A stretch of DNA of 63,092 nucleotides, the filler included, from Collodictyon triciliatum (lineage: Eukaryota): assembly GCA_043381765.1 (NCBI GenBank). It is 8 parts of 8 records of this genome, joined end to end, with 100 filler letters (N's around TTAATTAATTAA, not from the genome) between each part and the next. Parts side by side here need not be neighbours in the genome. Positions count along the whole stretch, not along the records: positions 1 to 8,822 come from JBHJMP010003266.1; positions 8,923 to 13,407 come from JBHJMP010003267.1; 6 more parts are not named here. One strand, written 5' to 3'. The first letter of the stretch is position 1; each line of letters opens with the position of its first letter. A model generated the notes under the pieces. That model was not told the DNA's origin. It saw only the letters and a program-made list of their open reading frames with translations, and searched no databases. Below, one piece after another: positions 1 to 12,609 of this stretch. The position numbers were made by a program, and so were the translations under genes.

Positions 1-96
1 TGTTTTGTTTTGTTTTGTTTTGTTTTGTTTTGTTTTGTTTTGTTTTGTTTTGTTTTGTTTTGTTTTGTTTTGTTTTGTTTTGTTTTGTTTTGTTTT
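1..96. repeat. (TGTTT)n microsatellite
   Basis: Perfect 5-nt tandem repeat at window start. Confidence 0.97.
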
Positions 97-168
97 AAAA
101 AAAAAGAAGTAAAACTCGTATCTTCATGACAACAGTAACTCCCAAAGAAATAAATTATAGCTTCTGCA

Positions 169-810
169 GAAATATATTTATTTTTCAAGAACGAAAATTC
201 GCATAGGTTTTTAGAAACAAGAGAAAATGCCCGAAAAATTGAAGAGGAAAAGAGAGAGCGCGAAAAGAAAGTTTTCAGAAAGAATGATGGCGGAATGCAA
301 CCAAGCAAAGTCTGTTATTAATTCTACTTTATCAATTGATATTGAACCTTTTTAAATTGTGAGGTATGACCTTGCACCCTTAATTTACATGTTATTTATA
401 AATACAGTTTTAAAAACATTCAAATGTTTATTTTCATCAACCGATCTCTATATCAGAGCTCTAAAGTCACCATGCCGAAGCCTTTTTCTATTCTCGAACG
501 CTCACAGCCTACAGAGAAAAGCCATCGAATTAGAAGAGAAGCTACTGCCAAAGTACATCGAAAAATCAAATGTGTAGTTAGTGTATAAAACCATTTTCTC
601 TGTGTTCGGATTAAAAAAAAATCTAGCAATATCCGAAACCCAAACGGAGCGTTCATTATCTTTTTTCTGTGGGTATACGTCATCATTGCAATATGTAAAA
701 GAACCGCGCTTTTGTAGGAAATGGAAGAATGTACTTTTCGCCCAAAAACGAATGAAGTCGCTAACAGAGAACTACTGCGTCTTGTTTTGCAGTCTGACAA
801 CTATTTTTAA
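169..810 (+). CDS. 3' exons of an uncharacterised coiled-coil protein with TxPKPF / ECTFxPK motifs (possibly cytoskeletal or ciliary)
   Basis: Manual translation of AG/GT-bounded segments: ...RENARKIEEEKREREKK..., SSKVTMPKPFSILERS..., and last exon 718-810 EMEECTFRPKTNEVANRELLRLVLQSDNYF* (TAA 808-810). 5' end lies outside the window. Confidence 0.55.
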
Positions 811-970
811 CCAGGAACCCTGCCTGCATGTATGATATAGTTTCTAATTCGCTTCATATTTTTTCGTTAGCTTCATAATGAAATACATCATTCACCTGAA
901 CGTATATTTTTTATTTCAATTTACCTTATGTGTTTGTAACCATTCATATTTGTAACACTCGTGGCTGTGA

Positions 971-1939
971 TTAGTGCAGAGGTTCCCTGAAGTACAGTCG
1001 TATTCTCGCATCACCCACCGTAAAAATTCTGAAGGAACTAATCAAAAATGCTCGCATTACCTACAATCCGACGCATGGCAGCGCCATTCAATTTCTCATC
1101 GGTGATAGGCTTTGCTATTTCCTCTTTTTCTTCTTTATTTTATCCCACTGATAGTATCACATTCCTAAAAAACACACACACACATAACAGAGTGTTTTAA
1201 ATGTACATCTATTTAATTGGTTGGCTATTTTATGAGCATGAATTCATTCTTTCTATTTCCTTGGTTTTTTTTTTAAAAAATAAATAAATAAATAAATTTT
1301 TCTGAATGGATTAGAGCACGCAAAATTCGTTTTGTGTGACACACAAACACACCCTCAAACTCATTTAAATGCAAAGAAAAGTTTCGTCTTTTGTGGGTTT
1401 TGTCAGTGATAACTCCACTGAAGTCTTACAGTTGAGTAGGAAATAAAATTGATGATGAGAGGTGATTAGATGCATTTAATCTCTGAATTTTTTTTTCATT
1501 TTCCGTCAATAAACAGGTGAAAGAACATTTTGGTTGGGATTTGGGAATGTGCTTCACGGTCCAGCACATCGGTACGAAAGCGTCAATGTCAGTCATACCG
1601 AATGTGCTTCAAATACCGAATTTCACATGTGGGAATGTTCTCAATACTCAACTTTAGAGGAAAACAAAATGAACCTCCAGTTTACTTGAAATGATAATAA
1701 TGTTCATATTTTTTGTTTTGAGAAACTGCAAATCCCTGACTTGCAGTATATGGAAGATTTTTTTGTTTTATTTTTACGAGGTGTATGCAGCATGTCCTGC
1801 AACCCAAATGTACACGACCAAGTACGGTTGGAACACTTCATAAAAACACCGTACAACTAGATGTGTAGAGCGAGAATCAATCTGTAAAGATAGGGGAAAT
1901 GGCTTCATAGAGTTCATTACATTTGAAAGAAGAGAACAT
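971..1939 (-). CDS. Possible small multi-exon gene of unknown function
   Basis: Short higher-GC AG/GT-bounded blocks translate openly (IDSRSTHLVVRCFYEVFQ; LSIENIPTCEIRYLKHI; FSGVITDKTHKRRNFSLHLNEFE; PITDEKLNGAAMRRIV). No recognised motif and exon phases not fully resolved. Confidence 0.3.
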
Positions 1940-2009
1940 GGCATTTCAAATCGAGAAGAATCTGTGGGCCATGTAGCCGTCACATTTTAACTTCTGTTTA
2001 TACAAGTTT

Positions 2010-3989
2010 TCACGATTGTTCTTGCACCATCACATTCTCAGTGATAAAGAGGATTCGATTGGGATTATTCCAGTATCCCCAAAAAAACCTGAGGTTAAAT
2101 GGCTGATGGAAAATGTTGCTGTCGACGATATAATGCGACATGATATGGGTTGCATTCCCTCAAAATGGAGATTTTATCCTCAGAAAATATACTTCCAACG
2201 CCCAGCTTACATAATACAGAGGCTGACAGAGTCCAAGCTATCCCCAAAAATGATAAGTATGACAGATTTCGAGCCTTGATATGAAATGTGTCAACCATCA
2301 CAGACCAGTGGATTATAAAGACGATGTATATCCATGGTATCATCCGGAGGTCCCAACGGCAGAGAATTGCAGCAGAGAGAAAAACTTTGAAAAGCAGGTA
2401 CATCACGTACCAGTAGTCGAAAGAGCGAAACATCTTGTTTACCATGAAAAAATTGCTTGTTATAACCATCTGTATTGTAATAAATACAATTCCGAACATA
2501 ACACAAAATGTCCCGATGTAGAAGTGCACGTAACCAAAGTCAAACCCGATAGCCAAAATAAACGAAAAAAATAATGAAAAAATACTCATGGAAACCCCAA
2601 TGATATTGTAAATTCTGGACTTTAGTATGCGCGCCAACCTCGGAATTTTTTGAGAATGTATATGTGATATATGGTTTGATTCAAATCATACTCCACACAT
2701 TTACTTTGAAATATCCCAATAACCGATTTATCAGTCAATCTAGAAGGCGGATTTCCTTCGGAAACGATGAAAGTTCCTGGACGAACTATCTCCATACCAA
2801 CCCCGCCAATTACATCTCTATTTGTATTGCTTTTTTCCGATGTAACCAACTGATTTTCATCTCGGCAGTCAGGCTTTATTGAATTTGTAGATAACCTACT
2901 CGATTGTATCTCATCTTTTGCAGAAGTGCAATTGTTTTGAGCGTCTCCACTGTTTCTATCTATTTTCAAGGATTCTACTCCATTTGTTGATATTTCGAAA
3001 GAGTTTGAAAGGAAAGCGATTGTGGTTGACTTTCCCAAAACCACATGCGAGTATATTACACGAAGAAGGTAAATCATTAATGTAGTTAAATTATCCAAAG
3101 CCTGCAAACGCACGTTAATAACCTAAATTCCAGTGCTTTCGTGATAGTACTTTTCATTATTGAACTGAGTCATATTGAAAAATAGAACTATAATCATGAT
3201 AACGTAGGATATGAACCCGATAACCGAAACATACTTCATAACCAATAATCGTTTTCTGGCATGTGCGTCATATAAAATGAGAAGCAAGATACTCGAGATG
3301 GAATGAAGAATCATGCAAAATACTTCGGCTGACATACCTAATAATAGTGCCAAGCAAATATGAAGCGAGAGTGCGTTGAATATAGTGAACCAAAAGTTAA
3401 AAGATTTCGCTAATTCTATCACGATATCTGCTCGAATAAAAATGGAGTGATGTATGCAAAAGTTCATGGTAAGAAATACTTGCAGTGGTACGTAAACAGA
3501 CGAACTGATAAACGCCTTTCGGTAGCAAACAGCTAGTGAATTTGAATTGCACAAAAACCAAAGCAAAGTTATCACAACTGCCAAAACTTTCTGTTTGTAG
3601 AACCACAGCACATTTTTCATAAGGCTTTCATTTTTAAAAAGTAATGTAAATATTGTCTTCCTTCTTTTGATCGGCTTCGTATTTTCCTCCAGATAAAGTT
3701 TCACCTTGGTCATAGGCTTATGCTTTCTGCCTTGAGTTACTTCAGCAGGGTTTGTTTTCTTTGCAATCCTATTTGCACTGGGCCCAGCTCCCGATTCCCC
3801 AATATCCATAGTTGATTTCTTTTCACCATCATTCACAGGATCTTTCAGATGCATTGAATCAATGTGTTTCTTTTCTAGTTGGCATTGGGATGCTTCCAGC
3901 GTGTTTGTTTGCTCTTGGTTATTTTCTTTCCATGCGAGTCTCCCTGGAAGAAATAAGCCGTCGAAGGCCCTCACCCTTTCTTCGCTCAT
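2010..3989 (-). pseudogene. Intronless, internally duplicated multi-pass membrane protein gene with an in-frame TAG and about three frameshifts
   Basis: ORFs 3123-4097 and 2622-3113 share a frame and are separated only by TAG (ESTGI*VINVRLQ). Reading continues in shifted frames near 2640, 2160 and 2100, ending NLRFFWGYWNNPNRILFITENVMVQEQS*. Two hydrophobic halves share a motif (LAKSFNFWF / MFRSFDYWY). Confidence 0.6.
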
Positions 3990-4364
3990 ATCGGCTTTCG
4001 GATTGCTTTCTGTATTCGACCTTAGTTTGCTATTATTTAGTGTGCATTTTTCGTTGTTTTTTTTTTCTCTCTTTTTTGTATTTATTTTCGTGAACATATA
4101 ATGTCGATTGTCAGTAACGGTTTCTTTTCTCGAAATTTACGCTTGAAAAGTTATCCTTCCTCCTGCAAAAAAAAAAAAAAAAAGAGTCAGGCGGGTTTAC
4201 CAGAAAGAGTTTTCATTACTCTGTACCCCACAACTCGCTATGGACTGGTGTGTGTTTCCCGTCCATTAATTGGAATCAGTTTATTCCTTTTCCCCTGCGA
4301 ATTTTTTTTTCGTTCATTTTGTTTTATAAGTTAGTGCGCTAATTCTTTTCAAAACAAAGGGTGA

Positions 4365-7300
4365 TTACATCGTCTCCATTTCAAAGCTCTTGTTAGAAGG
4401 CTTGTAAGATTGTTCTTGTAGTATCTCGAATGATTTTGGCCTCCATAGGCGTTGATACCTAAATAGATTAATTGTAATTGTGTTAGAGTTTGTATTACGG
4501 AGATATAGAAAACAAAATACAAAAAAAAAAAATAGAAAAGAAAGAGAAAAAGAAAGAGAAAAAGAAATAGAAAAAGAAGGAAGAAAGAAAGAGAAAGAGA
4601 AAAAGCACATTTTCTTTTTTAAAAAAAAACTTACGAATCGTATGTAAAATTAGGTAGCAGGGCTATCAGTATACTCCCTGCCATACATAACCAATATCTG
4701 GCTGTGGACAGTGTAGTGTCTTCGGGTGGAATTAAGAATAAAAAAGTCATCTAATGACAGGCTGAATATTTTTTTGAAAAAAACATCTCTTTAATATCTC
4801 ATTTGATTAAGTGGTGTGTCGCCTAAAATACAACAAAAAAATTGCAACTCATGACTCTTTGCATCTCTTTTAAGAAAAGGATACGGTAGATCAGATAAAC
4901 CCAAGGGTTTGTCACGTAGAAGCTGCAATATATGAGGGATATGCACAAAATGGCCAAAAGACTTAGTATGATACTAAGCTCAACCAGGACGGTGCGATGG
5001 TGAATCATAAAGTTAAACTGTATAATCACAATCACAACAACAGATGTGGTCGCATAGAATGACATATCCCATAATCCGGCATCCTTGAATAAATGATACA
5101 AGGAATTAAAGTAGAGAAAAAAATATCTCATTAAGTAGGTTATTAGATAACCAAATGAAAGCACTATATGAAATTACGGAAGAGACAGATTCGAAAAATC
5201 ACACTTGATATCAATATATACTTAATATTAAGTATATATTGATATCAACACTAAATTTAAAGGGTCAAATCACTTTGCCATTTTCGAAGGGATGTTGCCC
5301 GTATCCAAAAGTCCAAAAGATGAATATAACTGAATTGGTATGGGATTGGTGTTCAGAAGGACAAGTTACCATTATAAATGATAGTATATATTGTCGTATA
5401 TAGCTTGAGAATTTCCAGATGGGAAGAAAAAAACCTATGCTTGTCCACAAAGACGATAAAATATAGTAACCAAAGCCGGATAAGGAGAACGGGTATTCTT
5501 TTCTCAACAATTTGTAGGCAATAGGGTTCTGGATACGTTGAAAGTTGCAATAATCATTTCTTTGTTTATTTAAATTTTTAAAAAAAAAACCCTCGTTGCT
5601 GAAAAAATGCACTGGAAGACAAAATGAGAAAATATAGACATTATGCCTCAGCTTTACATTTTCTAGCACACTGTCAGGCAAGTCCTTTTCAAATAATCCG
5701 TAGACAAGAGGAGGTAAGGATGTAAAAATCAAATTGTATCCACCAAGAAGCCAACTGTCATGTATTGTCTGGTAGACAGAAATTTGGTTCAAAAAAAAGG
5801 ATAGAATTACTATGCATTCAAAGAGCCAACTATTTATTCACGGGATAGAATACAGAAATAACTGGTACTATAAACTAGATACTCACTTGCCCTGAGAACC
5901 CGCAGACGAAGGCGAAGCAAATTTGGATGAAAGCGATTGGAATATTTTTGTAGTAACTAAATACAAATTTTAAAAACATAGGGTTCAGTTCGCTTTTTTT
6001 TTATCCTTCGTCGACCTTGAATATAAGTATAAAATGGGATGACGTTCCACTTAAAAATTACCAATAGTACGTTAGTCCTAGTAAGCGAATATAGGAAAAT
6101 CGTCCGTGAATGAGCATTAATCGATTCAAATCTCTATAAATTTTTCGGTCATTTATTTTTTATGAAACGAATATAAATTACATGTTGAGATGTTTTGTTA
6201 AGGATACCGATGGGAATGGCCTACTTGAATTGATGTATGGCAAAATCAGAAGAGCGTGATGCTTGAGACCCTTCCTTTCCGATTATGCCAACACCAACAT
6301 TTGCACACTATATTTAAGTAATATAAGATAATGCTTTTTTCCCTTTATTGGATCCAAGAAATATAAAACTATGCTAAATACTTTCTAGAAGAAAAAAAGC
6401 AGGAGCAGAAAAAAAAAAAGAAGATCGAATAAATGATGATTTTTTTTTATTCTTCCTTTCAACTTTTGTGCTTCGAATAAATGATGATATTCTTTTCTAA
6501 TTCCCCTTATCGTGGGTGGTATTTAAATATTCAACAAACCTGAATCATGCTGACATCATTTGCCCCATCACCAATTGCCAGGCAGCATTTCTTAAGTCCA
6601 TAGCGTACCAAAGAAACGATATTTGCCTTTTGTAGAGGTGTAATTCGACAGCAAATCACGGAGTGGCACAGGGTCCCGAGTTCAAGGAACAGCTCTGAAT
6701 GCTCCTTTAATATGCAGACCAAAGACTGACCATCGATAACTAGCGCACATTTTATTCCATTTACCTAAAGAGTATATCGAGATATTAATATAACATTATG
6801 CTTTCTTTTTATTCCTTCACTTATTGATGAATTATCGCTTAGAGTAGAGTCTGAAGTTGATGAATTATCACAAAATTTAAAACATCGGCATCGCATTGCT
6901 AATTGAGACTTTTCTACGTTTGTATAGTATTCCTACATTTGCTTTCCTAGCATTATCTATTTCAGCCCTTATGATTGCTTCAGGGTCGTCCCCGTCGACA
7001 ATATTAATCACCATCAAAATCATAGCTGAATTGACCAATCCACATGAATAGCTAGGTATTAATATCAACATTAGAAAAATAAAGGCTGAAAGTCTCTAGA
7101 AATTCAGACGAAAATAAAAATATTGCATCATCATATACCCGATGTTAATGGCCGTCTCTTGCTTATCGCCCGTCAGAACCCACAGGTGGATATCAGCCTG
7201 ACATAATATATCGATTTGTTTTAGTCACTACGGTCCATAAGTGTATTTTTTAAAAAGATATTACAATTATAACAAACGAAATAAAAAAAGACAGCTTTTT

Positions 7301-8085
7301 TATAATTTACCTCTAATATTCTTTGTATCGACTTTGGAACACCATCCTGCAGTTTGTCTTCAATTGCTGTGCAGCCCAATAAGACGAAGTCGTGTTCAAT
7401 CAGCTCGGCTGCATAAGCAATCTAGATTGACGAAGGGATCATTTTATGGTCCTTTGCAAAAAGAGGATATAGTATTTTCTTGTATTATTATGTGTTCTAG
7501 CGAAGAAAAAATGAACAAAGATGTATATATATTATATTGCCTTTTTCTCCCTTTCCACTAAAGATGTTTCGGCGTCGTGATAAATCTTCTTCCATTCAGT
7601 ATATTCATCTTCTGGAACTATCCTTACACAAACGACCAAAGTTCTCAATCCCTCTTGAGAAAAGACTGATAGTTGGGAGTCAGTGACCTGGTATTAAGTA
7701 TTTATTGAGCGAAAATCAGAGGGAACAAAGAGATGAAAACAAAGATGATTATATTACATCCCACAATTCATCCTGGTCGGGTGCGAGCAAGTCTTTCATA
7801 ATTACATCTGCTCCTTTGGAGTAAATCTTTATATCTCCTTGAATCAAGAAAGTAATTTTTGAGACAAATCGGAAAATAAGATATGTCTTTCATGTAAGAG
7901 TGCGTCATGAATTGGATACTTAACGTAGAAAGTTAAATAAAATCTCGTAGAAATATAAGGCTTGTGAATATTTGGGAATTACCAGCCACACTGCGGATGA
8001 TGACTGACATTCTTCTACGCTCTGAAGAAAATTCCAGAACGTGCAAGATCTTATAATCCAACCTCCGGGGCTTTTCGTTTGGCAC
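4365..8085 (-). CDS. P4-type ATPase (phospholipid flippase), 3' portion, multi-exon
   Basis: Exons encode [117 protein letters not shown]. 5' end is lost in the gap at 8823. Confidence 0.95.
6335..6359 (-). mobile_element. Old 5'-truncated poly(A) retro-insertion, family B
   Basis: T6-CCCTTTATTGGATCCAAGA flanked by a diverged 16-bp direct repeat (AATATAAGATAATGCT / AATATAAAACTATGCT). Related copies at 17983, 55565 and 57197. Confidence 0.5.
6441..6472 (-). mobile_element. 5'-truncated non-LTR retroelement 3' end, family A, with 16-bp target-site duplication
   Basis: Minus strand AGCACAAAAGTTGAAAGGAAGAAT(A)8, flanked by the perfect direct repeat TCGAATAAATGATGAT (6425-6440 and 6473-6488). 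Identical core at 60820-60853. Confidence 0.8.
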
Positions 8086-8159
8086 TATTTAAATGGTTCG
8101 ATTGATGAAAAAGAAAAAATGTGTTATTAAATTTAAAGTGTGCCTGCCTAGCCGTGTTT

Positions 8160-8822
8160 TTTTACTATTATTTTGTTTTCCTTTTTTTCTCTTGTTTTCT
8201 TTTGTTTTCTTTTGTTTTCCTTTGTTTTCTTTTGTTTTCTTTTGTTTTCTTTTGTTTTCTTTTGTTTTCTTTTGTTTTGTTTATATTTCTTTTGTTTTAT
8301 TTGGTTGTCTTGGTTGTTTAAATTATTTTCTTTTTGATTTATTTGGTTGTCTTGGTTGTATTTTATTTTGTTCATTTTACTTTGTTTATTTTATTTTGTT
8401 TAAATTATTTTCTTTTTCTTTTTCTTTTTCTTTTTCTTTTCTTTTCATTTCATTTCTTTTTCTTTTTCTTTTTCCTTTCTTTTCTTTTTCTTTTCATTTC
8501 ATTTCTTTTTCATTTCTTTTTCTTTTTCTTTTTCTTTTTCTTTTTCTTTTCTTTTTTGTTTGGTTTTATTTGGTTTTGTTTGGGTTTGTTCTATTTTGTT
8601 TTGTTTCTAATTTATTTAGTGTATTATTTTATTTTGTTTTCTTTTGTTTTCTTTTGTTTTCTTTTGTTTTCTTTTGTTTTCTTTTGTTTTCTTTTGTTTT
8701 TTACTTTTGTTTTTTTTTCATTTCTTTTTCTTTTTCTTTTTCTTTTTACTTTCGTTTTTTACTTTTCTTTTTCTTTTTCTTTTTCTTTTTCTTTTTTTCT
8801 TTTTTTTTTTTTTTCTTTTCTT
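8160..8822. repeat. Compound T-rich simple repeats (TTTTC/TTTTG)
   Basis: Visible low-complexity tract in a P4-ATPase intron, running into the gap. Confidence 0.9.
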
Positions 8823-8922
8823 NNNNNNNNNNNNNNNNNNNNNNNNNNNNNNNNNNNNNNNNNNNNTTAATTAATTAANNNNNNNNNNNNNNNNNNNNNN
8901 NNNNNNNNNNNNNNNNNNNNNN
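8823..8922. other. Assembly gap placeholder N44-TTAATTAATTAA-N44 (same construct at about 13408, 18718, 27633, 40703, 49609, 58514)
   Basis: Identical 100-nt structure with a six-frame stop linker at seven sites, nearly always flanked by simple repeats. Confidence 0.97.

Positions 8923-9015
<93 letters not shown>
8923..9015. repeat. (CA)n microsatellite
   Basis: Perfect dinucleotide repeat. Confidence 0.97.
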
Positions 9016-9017
<2 letters not shown>

Positions 9018-9711
9018 AACCAACCAACCAACCAATCAACCAATAATCAGGAACGCCAGACGCCCAAATCTTCTACAACTTCCTCGTCGAGGACGCCAAC
9101 GCATTAGGCACCGGATTCCGGTACCCATTTCCTCTTCACCCAAAGACATCACCGGCCTGCGCGTGGCGGTGATGCACGGCACACGATAGCCTTTTTGCGC
9201 CTTCGCTTGCCGGCCGCCTTCCACCCTTACTCACCCGTCTCGACGCCGCAGGGAATACCTCGACCTTGTGATTCTGGACGCAAAGCGAAGGCAGGCCGAC
9301 TCCAGATGAGGCAGCGGGTCTGCAGCTGTTCCCTCGGCGGTCTGGACGCACTGTTCCGGGAAGCGGGGAGCGTGAGTGTTCCCGGCGTGCAGACACAAAC
9401 AGAGACACAGACACAGACACAAGCGCCTTCTTCCGGCCATCGCCGAACCACACGAGCACCACAGCCCATAAAGAACCCTCAACGAAGCAACGGGAAAGTG
9501 CGCTGCGCAGCCGAAAGACTTGCGCTTGAAAGGCTTTGCAGACCTTCGCTTGTTGCCTGACATGTGACCACAACGCCGGACGATAATGCCCGCTCAAACA
9601 CACGCATGCGCCCGCTCACTCGTTTGCTTGTGCTCCTCTGACAGCCCGCTTCGCCCCTGCAGAACCCGCCCCGCGCGCGACTCTCGCCCACTGCCCACGC
9701 AACACAGAGGC

Positions 9712-12212
9712 ATGGAGCAGCCTCCCTCCACAAAGGGCGGCCGAAAGCGCCTCTCAGCAGCACAAAGCGCCGGGACTCCCGACTCGCGGGGCGAAGCGCC
9801 ACGCTCGACCAGCAGAGGCCACGCTCAACTCCCGCTCGTAGAAGCAGCGACGGCAACAAATGCAGCCCAGCACAACCCTGCGGCATACACACCCGAGCTT
9901 ATCTATGCCTACGACCCGAGCAGTCGCGCAACGAGCACATACGCAGACGCAACAACTGCCCCGGCCTGCTTGCTCGTGTCTCCGCCAAAGAGGTCGGGCT
10001 TTTCACCCGGCAACTTCCCATCCGCTCACGCGGCCCGCAATGCCGGTCTGGCCAACTCGGGGGCGCAGCTGCCCTATGAGACTCCGCCTGCCGTCGACCA
10101 TCCCGTCCCGGGTGGCTACGCGCACGGCCACTTGCCCTATGGCTTCCACATGCAACATGGCCTGCTGTATCACTGGACCTTTTTACAATCGCAACTCCAG
10201 CTTCCACCGCATTTACAACCACAACCGCATCCGTATCAGTCTTTCGTCGGTATGTCGCCTCAAAGAGGAACCCCTGCTCGTGTCTTTCCCATCGATGAAT
10301 CCATGAGCGATGACGTTTCTTCTCGGAGCAATCCATATGACGAAGCGCAACAGAGGGAATCTCGACCGGTGGACTTGGGCTTGGACGGAAGGAGTTCGTC
10401 TCAAAAGGCTCGCTTTGTTCGTAACTCTGTCCAGATGGCCTCAAATACTGCTCTCGCTACCGCAAGTCGGCTGTCATCGACCATGCAAGAGCGTGGAATG
10501 CAAGGCTTGTTTGGTGAGGCCATTCAGTCTCCTTACAATGTGGACTTTATCATCGATACACAACCACCCTACGAAGTACGCACAAGGACTCCTCGTGAAG
10601 TAAGGTAATAATTGAAACTGTAGTGCGGTAGTAATATTCTGGACATACATTTTCATAGTGTTGATACGTGCAGCCTATGTGTTTCGCCGTGTCAAGATAT
10701 GAGAATTCATCCACCAAGTGAATTGGAACACTAGGGTTTTTGAGTGATGAATTGCACTATATACAACATGGTGGCAAATCACTCATATCAATTGCAATCA
10801 TTGGAAAAGATATCAACCCCTTCGATTTTCCTCGTTTTATTTAGGAATTTTACGTTATCAGGCTCCCTCCTTGGACGACACAATTACCCAGAAACACAAT
10901 TTCTTGTGAAAATAGAACTCTGTTACGCAACAAAGGAACCCTCTTCCGGTCATGAAATGGTCGTGGGTGGTGATCGAATACTCGGTGGAACAACTGTGGT
11001 GAATGCGCAACCAAACGGTAGTCAAAACTATGAAATAGTTTCAAAAAATGCAAATACTTGTCATCACACGTATTCCATATTGAACAATCATATGTGTGCT
11101 AATTTGGCGGTGTCAAAAAAAAAAAACACTTTCTTTCAGGCAAGGTGGTTTTCAACAACTTGAGTGTTTCGGAGGCATCCATCAGACATCAGGAACGAGA
11201 TTTTTGTTTGATGATCACCGTTCTTGGCGGGAATCCTTTGATTCCAATAGCCCAGAAATTCAGCGACCCATTCTACACTTACTCGCATAAAAAAGTGCTG
11301 CAACGCCGGAGTAAGTGTCCTTATCTTTTCTTCTCTTTTCTTCTCTTTTCTTCTCTTTTCTTCTCTTTTCTTCTCTTTTCTTCTCTTTTCTTCTCTTTTC
11401 TTCTCTTTTCTTCTCTTTTCTTTCTAATTCCCTCTGCCTTTTGGTTGTTTGCTGTTCTCACTGATAGTCCCATATGGTATAGGAAACCTTAAGCTTCGGG
11501 CATTAAGTTCCAAAATTGGGCCGACAGAAGGGCGAGTTCAGATGCATGTTGTTGGGTCGCCTTTCATACAAAGCAATAATTTTGCCATCACGATGACAAC
11601 AAAACATGGCAATGTGCAAGCCTCAAAGGTGGAAATATACTCTGATTGTGTTGCCTTTTTCGTACTCCCTGAATGCCCAGGCGGCCCACATCCAGAGGGC
11701 TCAATAATTGAGGCTCTAGTTCGCGTCACAAACGACGGGAAAAATTTCTCTGAAGGACTTGAGTTTTCTTACGTAGCCTCAATATCGGGTGATTACTTTT
11801 TGTTTGACTTTTTTGTTTTCTTGTATTACATCATGTTCAGATATTTGGTTTTGGCTTTTGTGGTTTCTGTGCGCACATTTATTTGCTGGTAACGCTATAG
11901 CCAAGAATACCTTCCTTTTCCGCGTCCTCATTTCTCTCTATTGATTGTGTTGTGTTGCGAATAAAATATAATCTAGTCCAAATGATTTCAACTAAAATTG
12001 TATCCACATACCCTGCTTTAGATTCTCGTGACAATGGGCCTTTGCAAGACGCGCGCCCGTCTTCGACTGCACAGCAAGGCCATCAAAGTAATCTCACACC
12101 ACCCACGAATGGCGAAGAGAATACGGTTCAAGAGTCGGCGCACGTCTCTCAGCAAAGTGAGCATCAGACACTCATGTCTCATCCAACACACCAGGAAGAA
12201 AAAATGCCTTGA
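9712..12212 (+). CDS. Putative transcription factor: low-complexity N-terminus, velvet/Rel-homology-like beta-sandwich domain, IPT/TIG domain
   Basis: Exons about 9712-10604, 10845-11017, 11140-11310, 11483-11788, 12023-12212 join in frame. IPT signature: LSSKIGPTEGRVQMHVVGSPF...VRVTNDGKNFSEGLEFSY. Upstream domain: FIIDTQPP...VVFNNLSV...FCLMI...FSDPFYTYSHKK. Confidence 0.75.
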
Positions 12213-12609
12213 TTAGTGGACTGGGCTCCATCAACAAGCGCATTTCTTCATTTTCTATACCTATATTCATATTCTTTTTTTAAAACCCACTTTCGCAGCT
12301 CCATGCCTCGGTAATCTCTCCATGCCTTATCTCACTATCACCGAGCTCAATTCCTAGCTCGTCTCTGTATTTCTAGGACGAAAATAAACTATTTACCGAC
12401 TCTGCGTGCGAGACTTCTGAGTGGCCAACAGCCGGTGCAGAAATGCGGCATCAACGCGCTCCTTCTTCCTTTCCTTTTCTCGTTTGAGACATTCAGTTTA
12501 TTGTCGAAGGTGTGGGGAGACAGGGAAAGGAGAGACGAAAGGAGCAAAGACAGCAGGACCAGAGTGTAGGTGAGTGTGGCGGCAACGCCAGGCAGAGGGA
12601 AGGCGGGGC

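Noticed and set aside
1445-1492. Box C/D snoRNA (TGATGA...CTGA with AT-rich terminal stem)
   Set aside because: Only about 45 nt, no C'/D' boxes, and no contiguous rRNA antisense of 10 nt or more that I can identify.
3123-3125. TAG stop-codon reassignment, suggested by in-frame TAGs here and at 59753
   Set aside because: Both occur with other lesions (frameshifts, dead donor). Long intact exons such as the 4.2-kb WD40 exon contain no TAG, and several genes end at TAG.
8867-8878. Recurrent TTAATTAATTAA palindrome inside N runs as a biological motif
   Set aside because: Always centred in identical 100-nt gap constructs; it is an artificial six-frame stop linker.
8093-8878. Long F/L/S-rich, K/R/E-rich, MYVC, poly-I and poly-M ORFs (also near 13.5, 23.4, 27.4, 36.4, 38.4 and 40.8 kb)
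   Set aside because: Translations of microsatellites or N runs, not genes.
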